A DNA stretch of 64,000 bases, taken from positions 3,360,001 through 3,424,000 of the forward strand of contig OZ257156.1 in assembly GCA_965279375.1 (NCBI GenBank). The letters are read 5' to 3'. Shown piece by piece: positions 39,493-48,228 of this stretch (positions within the stretch are counted from its first letter, which is position 1; the number at the start of each line of letters is the position of its first letter). Source of the stretch: Gemmatimonas sp. (GTDB taxonomy: Bacteria > Gemmatimonadota > Gemmatimonadetes > Gemmatimonadales > Gemmatimonadaceae). Under the pieces are notes generated by a model. That model made no database searches and was not told the DNA's origin. It saw only the letters and a program-made list of their open reading frames with translations. The position numbers were made by a program, and so were the translations under genes.

Positions 39493-40401
39493 ATGCCCTC
39501 AGCGCCGACGCCGGATCCCGCCCTCGAAGCACTCGCCGCCACGCTCGACGCGAGCAGCGACTATCGCGTCGTGCGACGCCTGCGCTCACCGGCGCGCTAT
39601 GCGATCGGCGAGCCGGTCGGTGAACTGAAGCAGGGGCTGCTGCTCGATCTCGAGACGACCGGTCTCGACACGGCACGCGACCTCATCATCGAGTTCGGCG
39701 CGGTGCCGTTTCTGTTCGACTCGGCGGGGCAGGTGTTCGACGTGCTCGCACCGATCAGCTACTTCGAGGATCCGGGGCGGCCCATTCCGCCCGAGGTGCA
39801 GTCGCTGACGGGCATCACCGACGACATGGTGCGCGGACAACGCATCGACGATGCGCGCGTCGAAGCTGTCGTGAATGCATCCGTGCTGGTCGTTGCGCAC
39901 AACGCGGGTTTCGATCGTCGTGTCGCCGAGCGGCGCTTTCCGATCTTCGCCAGCAAGCACTGGGGGTGTTCGCGCGACGATGTACCGTGGAGCGCAGGCT
40001 TCGGCATCAGCAGCCACAAGCTTGACTATCTGCTCTACGAGACCTGTCGCGTCTTTCACGACGGCCACCGCGCCGCCGACGATTGTCTGGCCACACTGCA
40101 CTTGCTGGCGCACCCGAAGGATGCTGCGGGCAAGACGCCAATGGCCCATCTGCTCGAGAGCGCGCGAAGAAAGACCTCGCGTGTCTTCGCGCGCAAATCG
40201 CCATTCGAGACGAAGGACGCGCTCAAGGGACGCGGCTACCGCTGGAACGATGCGCAGAAGACCTGGTTCATCGACAAGACAGCGACCGATCTGGACGCGG
40301 AGCTGCAATGGCTCCGCGAGAACGTGTACGGCGGCACCGCGGCGCCACCGGCCGAAGTTGTCACCTTTACCGCGAAAGAGCGCTACTCCGACCGCGGCTG
40401 A
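39493..40401 (+). CDS. DEDDh 3'-5' exonuclease (DnaQ-like)
   Basis: 'LDLETTG', 'AHNAGFD', 'HRAADDC'; C-terminal 'PFETKDALKGRGYRWN'. Confidence 0.92.
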   Translation: MPSAPTPDPALEALAATLDASSDYRVVRRLRSPARYAIGEPVGELKQGLLLDLETTGLDTARDLIIEFGAVPFLFDSAGQVFDVLAPISYFEDPGRPIPPEVQSLTGITDDMVRGQRIDDARVEAVVNASVLVVAHNAGFDRRVAERRFPIFASKHWGCSRDDVPWSAGFGISSHKLDYLLYETCRVFHDGHRAADDCLATLHLLAHPKDAAGKTPMAHLLESARRKTSRVFARKSPFETKDALKGRGYRWNDAQKTWFIDKTATDLDAELQWLRENVYGGTAAPPAEVVTFTAKERYSDRG

Positions 40402-40408
40402 CCTGCTG

Positions 40409-41278
40409 TCAGGGGCACTTGGCCGGCTTGGGCACCGGGCACGACGATCCTGCTTTCGCGCACGTCGCAGCCTGTACCACGAGTCGGTCGCCCAAGCGGG
40501 TGACGGGAAACTGGTTCTGGCCGGGCGTCGTGACGGTGGGCCACGCTTCGACCAGCTGGTCCATGATGCGCGCCGACTCGCGCGCGGACGCGATCGCCGG
40601 ACTCTTGGCCGACGTCCGAAGCTGGGAGAGATCGTAGAGCACCCAGACGTTCTCTGCCGTCACGGCGCCCACGGCATGGTCGCTCGCGTCCTTCTCGTCG
40701 CCTTCGTGCAGCCGGACAGCGATCTGTAGCGCGCTGTTGAGCGTCGCCAGCGCGGCGGACTCATGACCACCGGCGCGCTCGACGGCGGCCATTCCCTGCA
40801 GAAAGGTGACGCTCTCGCGGGTGATTTGACGTCCGACGGCGGGCGTGTCCTCGTATGCCTTCACCAGCACGCTACGAGCACCGGTCGCGTCGCCGCGTGA
40901 GGCCAGGAGCCGCACCAGCGCATCGGCCGCGCTCCGATCGCCCACTGCCGAGGCCGCGACGGCATCGCGGAGCAGTCGGAGAGCGCTGTCGCCGCAGGCC
41001 CGGTGCACGAGATACACGTCGGCGAGGCCGCGCGCGGCCGCTGAGGCCATGGCGCGGTCACCGCTTTGGGTGGCAGCGGCCGCGGCGCGACGGTAGGCCG
41101 CGATGGCGGAATCCGGCTGGGATTCGAGGGCGAGGCGTCGGCCCTCCTGGAACGCGGCCAGCGCTGCAGGATCCTGCGCGAGCAGCGGGCGTCCTGCGGC
41201 CGTCAGGCCAAGGAGCGCCAGCGCACCGGTCAGGGTGCACCGGCGCGCATTTACGAATCGAGGGGGGAGCACGGTCAT
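40409..41278 (-). CDS. Hypothetical secreted helical (TPR-like) protein
   Basis: Signal peptide, helical repeats, Cys-rich C-terminus; GGAG upstream. Confidence 0.65.
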   Translation of the reverse strand: MTVLPPRFVNARRCTLTGALALLGLTAAGRPLLAQDPAALAAFQEGRRLALESQPDSAIAAYRRAAAAATQSGDRAMASAAARGLADVYLVHRACGDSALRLLRDAVAASAVGDRSAADALVRLLASRGDATGARSVLVKAYEDTPAVGRQITRESVTFLQGMAAVERAGGHESAALATLNSALQIAVRLHEGDEKDASDHAVGAVTAENVWVLYDLSQLRTSAKSPAIASARESARIMDQLVEAWPTVTTPGQNQFPVTRLGDRLVVQAATCAKAGSSCPVPKPAKCP

Positions 41279-41328
41279 GCGTTCACTCCGTCGGGGTCAG
41301 TACGAGGTCACCCCGAACTGTACCCCGC

Positions 41329-41748
41329 TCAGACCAGACCGACCAGTTGGGCTGGAGTTTCCAGCGCTTCCTGCGCGGCATTGAGGACAGCTTGGGGCAG
41401 CGGAGAGGACCCGCTGCGGCGCGCGGCCTCGATTACCAGCAGGAGCGCGCGCGCTTGAGCTGCGTACGCAGCAAGCAGTGCGCCACCTGCACCGGGTGTG
41501 GCGGCGATGTCCTGCGCCAGCGACTCGAGTTGCCGCGCCAGCGCGCTCGGGGTGCCTGGCGGCAGCGTAGGCGCGGCTACCGCACCGGTTGGGCGTCGGT
41601 TGGCCGGCAGATCGGCGTACGGTACAGGGGGCTGCACCCCGAAGAGACCCGGAAACGACGTGGGCGCCAACGCTTCCTTCACCCGCTCATTCGTCGCGGC
41701 GATCGCCGCGAGACGCCGACGTGCGGCGCGTGATGACTCAAATCCCAC
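41329..41748 (-). CDS. Hypothetical protein
   Basis: GGAGAA upstream of GTG 41748; Ala-rich helical 139-aa ORF. Confidence 0.6.
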   Translation of the reverse strand: MGFESSRAARRRLAAIAATNERVKEALAPTSFPGLFGVQPPVPYADLPANRRPTGAVAAPTLPPGTPSALARQLESLAQDIAATPGAGGALLAAYAAQARALLLVIEAARRSGSSPLPQAVLNAAQEALETPAQLVGLV

Positions 41749-41770
41749 CTGCTATTCTCCGGATACGCGA

Positions 41771-41809
41771 CTGTCAGACCTTGACAGACGCTGGTCTGTT
41801 ACATAAATG
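41771..41809 (+). promoter_or_regulatory. Palindromic operator overlapping a TTGACA -35
   Basis: CTGTCA-GACCT-TGACAG (41771-41787); TTGACA 41781, TAAATG 17 bp later. Confidence 0.55.
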
Positions 41810-42016
41810 CGACTGTAATGCACGTGGCTGCGGATGCGGACTTAACCGCATGGTGTAGCTTGGTTTCCAGCTGTCGGATCAGCAGGACCTGGTACTGAGG
41901 CCGAAGGTCGCCCTGTGCGATCGTCGCTCTCGGTCGCCACGGAGAAGTTCTGCGCGCGGCCAACTCGGGTTGCGCCCGGAACGGAAGGGTACGAGCCCTC
42001 TTGAGGAGGCGGCTGT

Positions 42017-42958
42017 ATGCACGTCCTCACCCCGGTCGCTGAACGGGACATCGCCGCTCGTGAACTCGCGCTGCTCGCGAGGGCCACGCTCGACGAGCAT
42101 TGGGCGGTCTCCGCGATTCCCGCTGAACGTCGCGCGCTTCTCCTCGAGCGCGCTGACGCGGCTTCGCTCAGCCCAGGCGATGGCCTGGGTGAACCGATCG
42201 CTGATGGCCTCGCCCTCCTCGGTACCGCCTACGAGTTGGCGGCGCTCGGCCAGCTCGAGGCTGCGGTACAGCCGGTGCCCAATGCTGGTCGCGATCTCGC
42301 GCAGGCGGTCCTGGCGCTCGGTGCGGCTCGCGCCTTCCGATGTACCGCGGCGCTCCGCCCCCCCCTCGATGACCGTGAGTCGGCCGTAAAGTGGGCGCTC
42401 CGACTGGGCGCGCTGGCCGTGGTCTCCCGCCAAACCGAGAGCTACCTCAGATGGTGGGAGGTACGCACCGGTGTATCGGACGCGGTTCACCAAGCGGCGC
42501 AGGCGCTCGATGACCAACCCTGGGAACCCTACGCTCGAGGCACGCTCTGGATGGCTTGGCTTGGCCTGATCGGCGCGCCCGTGGGTGGGCTGGCCGATCA
42601 TGCCAACGACGACCTCGCGACGCTCACGGCGACGCGCAGTCGGCTCGCCGCCTTTCGCGAACGACGTAGCGACCACGAGGTGCCCGGGGATGGGCCCGTA
42701 CTCAATGCCGCGGCGCTGCGTGCCCGGATGACCGAGTTCGCGATCCGCCATCTCGCCGACGCCACGGAGCTCCTCACGGTCGCCGTGTTGCGGCGCACGC
42801 TCCCCGATGTCTCGGCCGAGTTCAAACTGCATCTGAGCGCGGCGCGCTCCGCCCTTGCTGGCGATCACGGACAGGATCTCCTCCTGGCGTGGTTACAGGC
42901 GGCGGGCGTTACGCTGGCCGGCGGCGTGACCGCGCAGCTCGAACTCCCAGGATTCTAG
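42017..42958 (+). CDS. Hypothetical all-alpha protein ending in QLELPGF
   Basis: GAGGAGG RBS, 313 aa; see finding. Confidence 0.8.
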   Translation: MHVLTPVAERDIAARELALLARATLDEHWAVSAIPAERRALLLERADAASLSPGDGLGEPIADGLALLGTAYELAALGQLEAAVQPVPNAGRDLAQAVLALGAARAFRCTAALRPPLDDRESAVKWALRLGALAVVSRQTESYLRWWEVRTGVSDAVHQAAQALDDQPWEPYARGTLWMAWLGLIGAPVGGLADHANDDLATLTATRSRLAAFRERRSDHEVPGDGPVLNAAALRARMTEFAIRHLADATELLTVAVLRRTLPDVSAEFKLHLSAARSALAGDHGQDLLLAWLQAAGVTLAGGVTAQLELPGF

Positions 42959-43301
42959 TCCGACCTGTCCGGTCGGCACCGTTGGCCCGCCACACCCGAA
43001 ACACCGTGCGTCCGGTGCTTCCTACCGGGAAGGGCACACGCCCACCCCCGATCGGCGTGATCCCCGACAGCCTCTCCCCCATGGCGCGACGCTCGGCTTC
43101 GTCGAAGACGGACTCGGTCGCGGGCGACTCGAAACGCCACCACGACGCCGACTCCGCCTGCCCGACGCGCACTACATAAGAGTCGTCCGCGGCCCAAAAC
43201 GCCGAGATGCACGAATCCACATCGCCGAATGCCATCGGCAAAGATGTGAGGGGCGCTGGCTCGAGTGAGCCGATCGGTGCTGCGCAGGGGACCGCATTCA
43301 T
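42909..43301 (-). CDS. Possible hypothetical protein
   Basis: 130-aa ORF filling the gap; start and reality uncertain. Confidence 0.35.
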   Translation of the reverse strand: MNAVPCAAPIGSLEPAPLTSLPMAFGDVDSCISAFWAADDSYVVRVGQAESASWWRFESPATESVFDEAERRAMGERLSGITPIGGGRVPFPVGSTGRTVFRVWRANGADRTGRTRILGVRAARSRRRPA

Positions 43302-43419
43302 GGCGAAAAGACGGCGGAGGAAACCTGAATCGTACAGAGAGCCGTTACGTGGCGGGCGGTGATGTTATGACGATCCGAGCGTCCACGCAATACGAGTGAA
43401 CTCGTCTAAGTTGTTGACA

Positions 43420-43564
43420 GCATTGTGGATATGCGTTGGAAATGATGTGGAAAAGCAGGTAAGCCGTGTTCCCGCCGCAGCCTGCGGGCTGCTTGGCTGT
43501 GGAAAAGCAGGTCCGTGACGCCCCCTCGTTTAGGGTCCGGACGGCTGGAATTGTCCACAATGCA
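43420..43564. promoter_or_regulatory. Cluster of DnaA-box-like 9-mers
   Basis: TGTGGATAT 43424, TGTGGAAAA 43446 and 43498, TTGTCCACA 43551. Confidence 0.6.
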
Positions 43565-43736
43565 CCCAATCACAAAAATGCTCTATGCAGGTTTGCAAAC
43601 ACGACCTGCGGCTCGCCGCGAGGTGCGCGCGATGTAACGGGAGGCGACCGCAGCGCGCCAGAATTGCCCATGGCGGCAGGCGCGGCGATTCATCATTGTC
43701 TGTCCAGCACGAACGCCCCCTTTTCTGGAGCCGAGA

Positions 43737-44663
43737 TTGTCGATCGAACCACGCATCGGATTGCTCGTAGGCCGGGAATGGTCCTTCCCGCCTGCCTTTC
43801 TGGATGCGGTCGCACGCCGTCAGTCCGGCGTCGTGGCCGACTACATCAAACTCGACGCAACGCGTATGGCGCAGCCGGTGCCGTACACGCTGATCATTGA
43901 CCGCATTTCACACGAAGTCGGGTTCTATCGGACGTTCCTGAAGCACGCCACGCGCATGGGCGTCACGGTCGTCAACAACCCCTTCATGTGGTCGGCGGAC
44001 GACAAGTTCTACGATGCGACCATGGCGACGCAGCAGGGCGTCGCGCACCCGAAGACGATGGTGCTCCCCAACAAGGACTACATCCCGGGCATCTCGCACT
44101 CGGAGTCGTTGCGCAACCTCGCCTACCCGCTCGACTGGCAGAGTGTCGCTGAGCACATCGGATTCCCGTGCGTGCTCAAGGACGCGCACGGCGGCGGCTG
44201 GCGCGACGTGTACGTCTGCCACTCGATGGAAGAACTGCTCAAGCACTACAACACGAGCGGCCTGCTGACGATGGTCGTGCAGGAGTTCATCAAGTGGGAT
44301 CAGTATGTGCGCTGCATGGTGTTGGGGCGCGATCAGGTGCTGCCCATGCCGTACGATCCGGGGCAGCGTCGCTACATCCCTGACCCGGGCTACCTCTCCA
44401 AGGAGGTCGAGGCGCGGTGCATCAAGGACTCGCTGACACTGTGCCGCAACCTCGGCTACGACATGAACACCGTGGAGTTCGCGGTGAAGGATGGCATTCC
44501 CTACGCCATCGATTTCATGAACCCGGCGCCGGACATGGATATCAACTCGCTCACGCCGGCCTACTTCGAGTGGGTGGTGGAGCACATGGCTGATCTGGCG
44601 ATCAAGCTCGCCACCGCGCCGCGTCCGGCCGCGCCGGACGGGCCTGTGATCGGCCCGCTCTAA
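43737..44663 (+). CDS. RimK/GshB-like ATP-grasp amide ligase
   Basis: 'IIDRISH', 'NNPF', 'FPCVLKDAHGGGW', 'VQEFI', 'YDMNTVEFA', 'AIDFMNPAPD'; TTG start after GGAG. Confidence 0.85.
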   Translation: MSIEPRIGLLVGREWSFPPAFLDAVARRQSGVVADYIKLDATRMAQPVPYTLIIDRISHEVGFYRTFLKHATRMGVTVVNNPFMWSADDKFYDATMATQQGVAHPKTMVLPNKDYIPGISHSESLRNLAYPLDWQSVAEHIGFPCVLKDAHGGGWRDVYVCHSMEELLKHYNTSGLLTMVVQEFIKWDQYVRCMVLGRDQVLPMPYDPGQRRYIPDPGYLSKEVEARCIKDSLTLCRNLGYDMNTVEFAVKDGIPYAIDFMNPAPDMDINSLTPAYFEWVVEHMADLAIKLATAPRPAAPDGPVIGPL

Positions 44664-44676
44664 GGGGTTCGAGGAG

Positions 44677-46029
44677 ATGCTTTCGGGCGCCATCGAGCGC
44701 TACCACCACGGGCTGGAGCAGCCGGATATCGCGGCGGCCTCCGCTGAAGTCATGGAGCGGCAGCTTCGCAGTCAGGGGCTGTTCTTTGGCGACCGCGCGC
44801 TCTGTAGCGTGCTGCGACCGCGCTTCCTGTCGCACGGCGAATACCGCCACATTGCGCGCGCCTGCGCGCTGGTCGGCTCGGCGTTCGAATCAGTGCGCGT
44901 GGCCGCGATGCGCGACAGCGCTCTACGCGCCCAGTTCGGCCTGACCGACTGGGAGGAGCGCCTCATCCATGCCGATCCCGGTTTCGCCGCCGCCAGTCCG
45001 ACCTCTCGACTCGACGCGTTTTTCGCCCCCGGCGCAGATGGGCTCAAGTTCACGGAGTACAACGCGGAAACGCCCGCGGGTGGCGCCTACAACGACGCCC
45101 TGAGTCGCGCGTTCCTTGCGCTGCCGGCGATGCACGCGTTCTCGCGCACCCACGCCGTCTTCCCGATTCCAGCCGCACCGTCGATCGTCCACACGCTCCT
45201 CAACGCGTTCTATCAGTGGCGCGGAGTGCGAGAGGCGCCTTCGATTTGCATCCTCGACTGGGCCGAAGTCCCGACCCGCAGCGAATTCGTGCTCTTCGAG
45301 CAGGAATTCCACGCCCTCGGTATCGATGCCTTCATCGGCGATCCGCGCGACGCCACCTACGAGGGCGGTGTGCTGCGCGTAGGCGGAGAGCCGGTCACGT
45401 TGATCTACAAGCGAGTGCTCATCGACGAGCTGGTGACGCGCGCCGGACTGGATTCGCCTGTGGTGCGCGCCGTGCAGGACGGCGCCGTGTGCATGGTCAA
45501 CCCGTTCCGCTGCAAGCTGTTGCACAAGAAGGCCTCGCTCGCGGTGGTCAGCGACGAGCGACAGGCGCACCTGCTCTCCGATGCGGAGCGCCGCGCAGTT
45601 GCCGCGCATGTCCCGTGGACTCGTCTGGTCGAGGAACGCGAGACCGAGCGAGACGAAGAGTCGGTGGACTTGGTGCCGTGGATCGCGGCCAACCGCGAAC
45701 GCCTGGTGCTCAAGCCGAACGACGAGTACGGCGGGAAGGGGATCGTGCTGGGGTGGACGGTGGACGACAGCACGTGGCAGGCGGCCATCCAGACTGCGTT
45801 GGCTGAACCGCACATCGTGCAGGAACGGGTCGTCGTGCCGAGCGAGCTGTGGCCGGCGTTCGCGGACGGGGCATTGCATCTGGGTGAGCGCATGCTGGAC
45901 ACGGCACCGTTCCTTGTGGACGGTGTTACGGTGACCGGTGTGCTTACGCGGATTGCGACCGATCCTCTACTGAACGTGACCGCCGGTGGCGGTTCGAACG
46001 TGCCGACCTTTCTCGTGGAGGAGCGCTGA
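44677..46029 (+). CDS. Circularly permuted ATP-grasp protein
   Basis: 'SRLDAF', 'EYNAETPAG', 'IYKR', 'LVLKPNDEYGGKG', 'VQERV', 'NVTAGGG'. Confidence 0.88.
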   Translation: MLSGAIERYHHGLEQPDIAAASAEVMERQLRSQGLFFGDRALCSVLRPRFLSHGEYRHIARACALVGSAFESVRVAAMRDSALRAQFGLTDWEERLIHADPGFAAASPTSRLDAFFAPGADGLKFTEYNAETPAGGAYNDALSRAFLALPAMHAFSRTHAVFPIPAAPSIVHTLLNAFYQWRGVREAPSICILDWAEVPTRSEFVLFEQEFHALGIDAFIGDPRDATYEGGVLRVGGEPVTLIYKRVLIDELVTRAGLDSPVVRAVQDGAVCMVNPFRCKLLHKKASLAVVSDERQAHLLSDAERRAVAAHVPWTRLVEERETERDEESVDLVPWIAANRERLVLKPNDEYGGKGIVLGWTVDDSTWQAAIQTALAEPHIVQERVVVPSELWPAFADGALHLGERMLDTAPFLVDGVTVTGVLTRIATDPLLNVTAGGGSNVPTFLVEER

Positions 46030-46814
46030 TGTCTGCGCTACGACGCCCGGTCATCGGGCTGACAACACAAACGCTGCATTCCATCGATGGCATTCCCCCC
46101 GGGCTCCCATCGTCGTGGGTGATGAACCAGCGCTACTTCCTTGCGGCCACCATGGTGGGCGCTGTGCCGTGGATGATTCCGTTGCTCGATGACGATATCC
46201 ACACGCTGCGCGAAATCTACGAGCGGCTGGACGGCATCCTGATTCCGGGCGGCGTGGACATCAGTCCACGCGAGTACGGCGAGGAGATCCGACCGGAATG
46301 TGGAAATCTTGATCCCGCACGAGATCGTGTTGAGCTACAGCTCGTTCGCTGGGCCATCGAGGACGGCAAGCCCGTACTTGGGCTGTGCCGCGGTTTGCAG
46401 GTCATCAACGTCGCGTCGGGTGGATCGCTCTGGCAGGATCTCGCCTCACAAAACGGCTCATTCCACAAGCACGACTACTTCCCAACGGCCGGGTACGAGC
46501 GCGATCATCTGGCGCATGAGGTCGAGCTCGTGCGCGGCACGCGTCTGGCAGAGTTGATGGAGTCGGCAAGTGTGCCCGTGAACAGCATGCATCACCAAGG
46601 GGTGAAGCAGCTTGGACGCGAGTTGGTGGTGTCGGCCACTGCGCCTGATGGGCTGATCGAGGCGTTGGAAGGCGCGGACCACAGCTTCCTGGTGGGCGTC
46701 CAGTGGCATCCTGAGGTGTTCGAAATGGCGGACCCGCATGCGCGGCACCTCTTCGGCAGCTTCATTCGTGCGGCAAGCGAATGGCGTGCGTCCGAGGAGT
46801 CCGGGCGGGTCTAG
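46029..46814 (+). CDS. PuuD-like gamma-glutamyl hydrolase (peptidase C26, class I GATase)
   Basis: 'PGGVD', 'GLCRGLQVIN', 'VNSMHHQ', 'VQWHPE'. Confidence 0.92.
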   Translation: MSALRRPVIGLTTQTLHSIDGIPPGLPSSWVMNQRYFLAATMVGAVPWMIPLLDDDIHTLREIYERLDGILIPGGVDISPREYGEEIRPECGNLDPARDRVELQLVRWAIEDGKPVLGLCRGLQVINVASGGSLWQDLASQNGSFHKHDYFPTAGYERDHLAHEVELVRGTRLAELMESASVPVNSMHHQGVKQLGRELVVSATAPDGLIEALEGADHSFLVGVQWHPEVFEMADPHARHLFGSFIRAASEWRASEESGRV

Positions 46815-46858
46815 GATCGCGCGGTGATCGGTTCGGCCCGATGGGGCCGGGAGGGGTG

Positions 46859-48085
46859 ATGCGGGGGCCGAGCCTGACAGTGGGAATCGAGGAGGAGTAT
46901 CAGATCATCGATCCGGTGACGCGTGATCTCACGCCCGGGTTTGATGCACTGATGTCCAGTGACGCGGCCGTGTTGGCCGACGCCAAGGCGGAGCTGCACC
47001 AGTGTCAGGTGGAGATCGGCACCAAGGTGTGCGGGTCGATCGCCGAGCTACGCACCGAGCTGACCAAGCTTCGTGGCCTCGTCATCAAGGCGGCCTCTCA
47101 GCACGGGCTGACGATCGCGTCGGCGGGGACGCATCCGTTTTCCAACTGGATGAACCAGGAGATGACGCCCAAGGAGCGGTACTTGGGTGTGAAGGCGGAG
47201 CTGCAGGATCTCGCGCATCGGCTGCTGATTTTCGGCACGCACGTGCACGTCGGCATCGAGGATCCGGAGTTTCGCATCGACTGTCTGAACGCCTGTCGAT
47301 ACCTGCTGCCTCACGTTTTGTGTTTGTCCACAAGCTCGCCGTTCTGGTTTGGACGCAACACCGGGCTGCACTCCTACCGCAGCATCGTCTTCAAGAATTT
47401 CCCCCGCACCGGTGTGCCGCGCATCCTGAACGGGTGGAGTGATTTCGCCGAGCTGACGGACACGTTGGTCAAGACGAAGAGCATTCCGGACGGATCGAAG
47501 ATCTGGTGGGATGTGCGCCCGCATCATTTGTATCCGACGCTCGAGTTCCGCATTTGCGACGTGAACACGCGCGTGGACGAGGCGATCTGCGTGGCGGCGT
47601 TGCTGCAGGCCGTGGTGGCCAAGATGTGGAAGCTGCGTCGAGACAACATGAGCTATCGCGTGTACGCCTCCGATCTCATCGAAGAGAACAAGTGGCGTGC
47701 TGTTCGATGGGGGCTGGGCGGCAAGCTGATCGACTTCGGCAAGAAGGAAGAGATGCCCGCGCCGGTGCTCATTCGCGAGCTGATCGAGTGGTTCCTCGAT
47801 GACGTGCTGGACGAGCTGGGCACGCGCAAGGAAGTGGAGTACGCGTTTCACATCATGGAGCACGGCTCGAGCGCGCAGCGTCAGCTGGCCACCTATGCGC
47901 GAACGGGCGATCTGCGCGCGGTGGTCGATCAGCTGATTCGCGAGACAGCGGAAGGGGTCTGTGAGCCCACGCTCGGACCGGCGCTCAACCTCGTGGATTC
48001 GCCGCTGCTGGCGGGCGCGGAAGGGACGATCTCCGTGCCCTCCAATCGTCCGACTGGCGCCGTTCGAGGACAATCAGTGCCCTGA
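46859..48085 (+). CDS. GCS2/YbdK-family carboxylate-amine ligase
   Basis: 'VGIEEEY', 'FGTHVHVG', 'SSPFW', 'IWWDVRP', 'TLEFRICD', 'ENKWRAVRWG'. Confidence 0.93.
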   Translation: MRGPSLTVGIEEEYQIIDPVTRDLTPGFDALMSSDAAVLADAKAELHQCQVEIGTKVCGSIAELRTELTKLRGLVIKAASQHGLTIASAGTHPFSNWMNQEMTPKERYLGVKAELQDLAHRLLIFGTHVHVGIEDPEFRIDCLNACRYLLPHVLCLSTSSPFWFGRNTGLHSYRSIVFKNFPRTGVPRILNGWSDFAELTDTLVKTKSIPDGSKIWWDVRPHHLYPTLEFRICDVNTRVDEAICVAALLQAVVAKMWKLRRDNMSYRVYASDLIEENKWRAVRWGLGGKLIDFGKKEEMPAPVLIRELIEWFLDDVLDELGTRKEVEYAFHIMEHGSSAQRQLATYARTGDLRAVVDQLIRETAEGVCEPTLGPALNLVDSPLLAGAEGTISVPSNRPTGAVRGQSVP

Positions 48086-48228
48086 GGGCCCGGTCCGAGA
48101 AGAAGTGCGGAGGGGTACTAGGGAGAAGTACCAATGCAGTCGTGGTGAGACGAGGACTAGCCTGCACGTGCGTTCGATCCCGAGCGCCAATGCATGCTGG
48201 TCCTTTTCGTTTCCCCGTCTTCCCGCTC

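Noticed and set aside
41771..41787. Proteobacterial LexA box
   Set aside because: Spacing is CTGT-N9-ACAG, not N8; kept only as an unassigned operator
41810..42016. Known riboswitch, SRP RNA or 6S RNA
   Set aside because: No diagnostic conserved core recognised
43446..43512. CRISPR array from the 15-bp direct repeat
   Set aside because: Only two short copies and no cas genes; better explained as DnaA boxes
43302..44663. Graspetide (ATP-grasp RiPP) cluster
   Set aside because: No small ORF with Thr/Ser/Lys plus Asp/Glu core repeats found nearby
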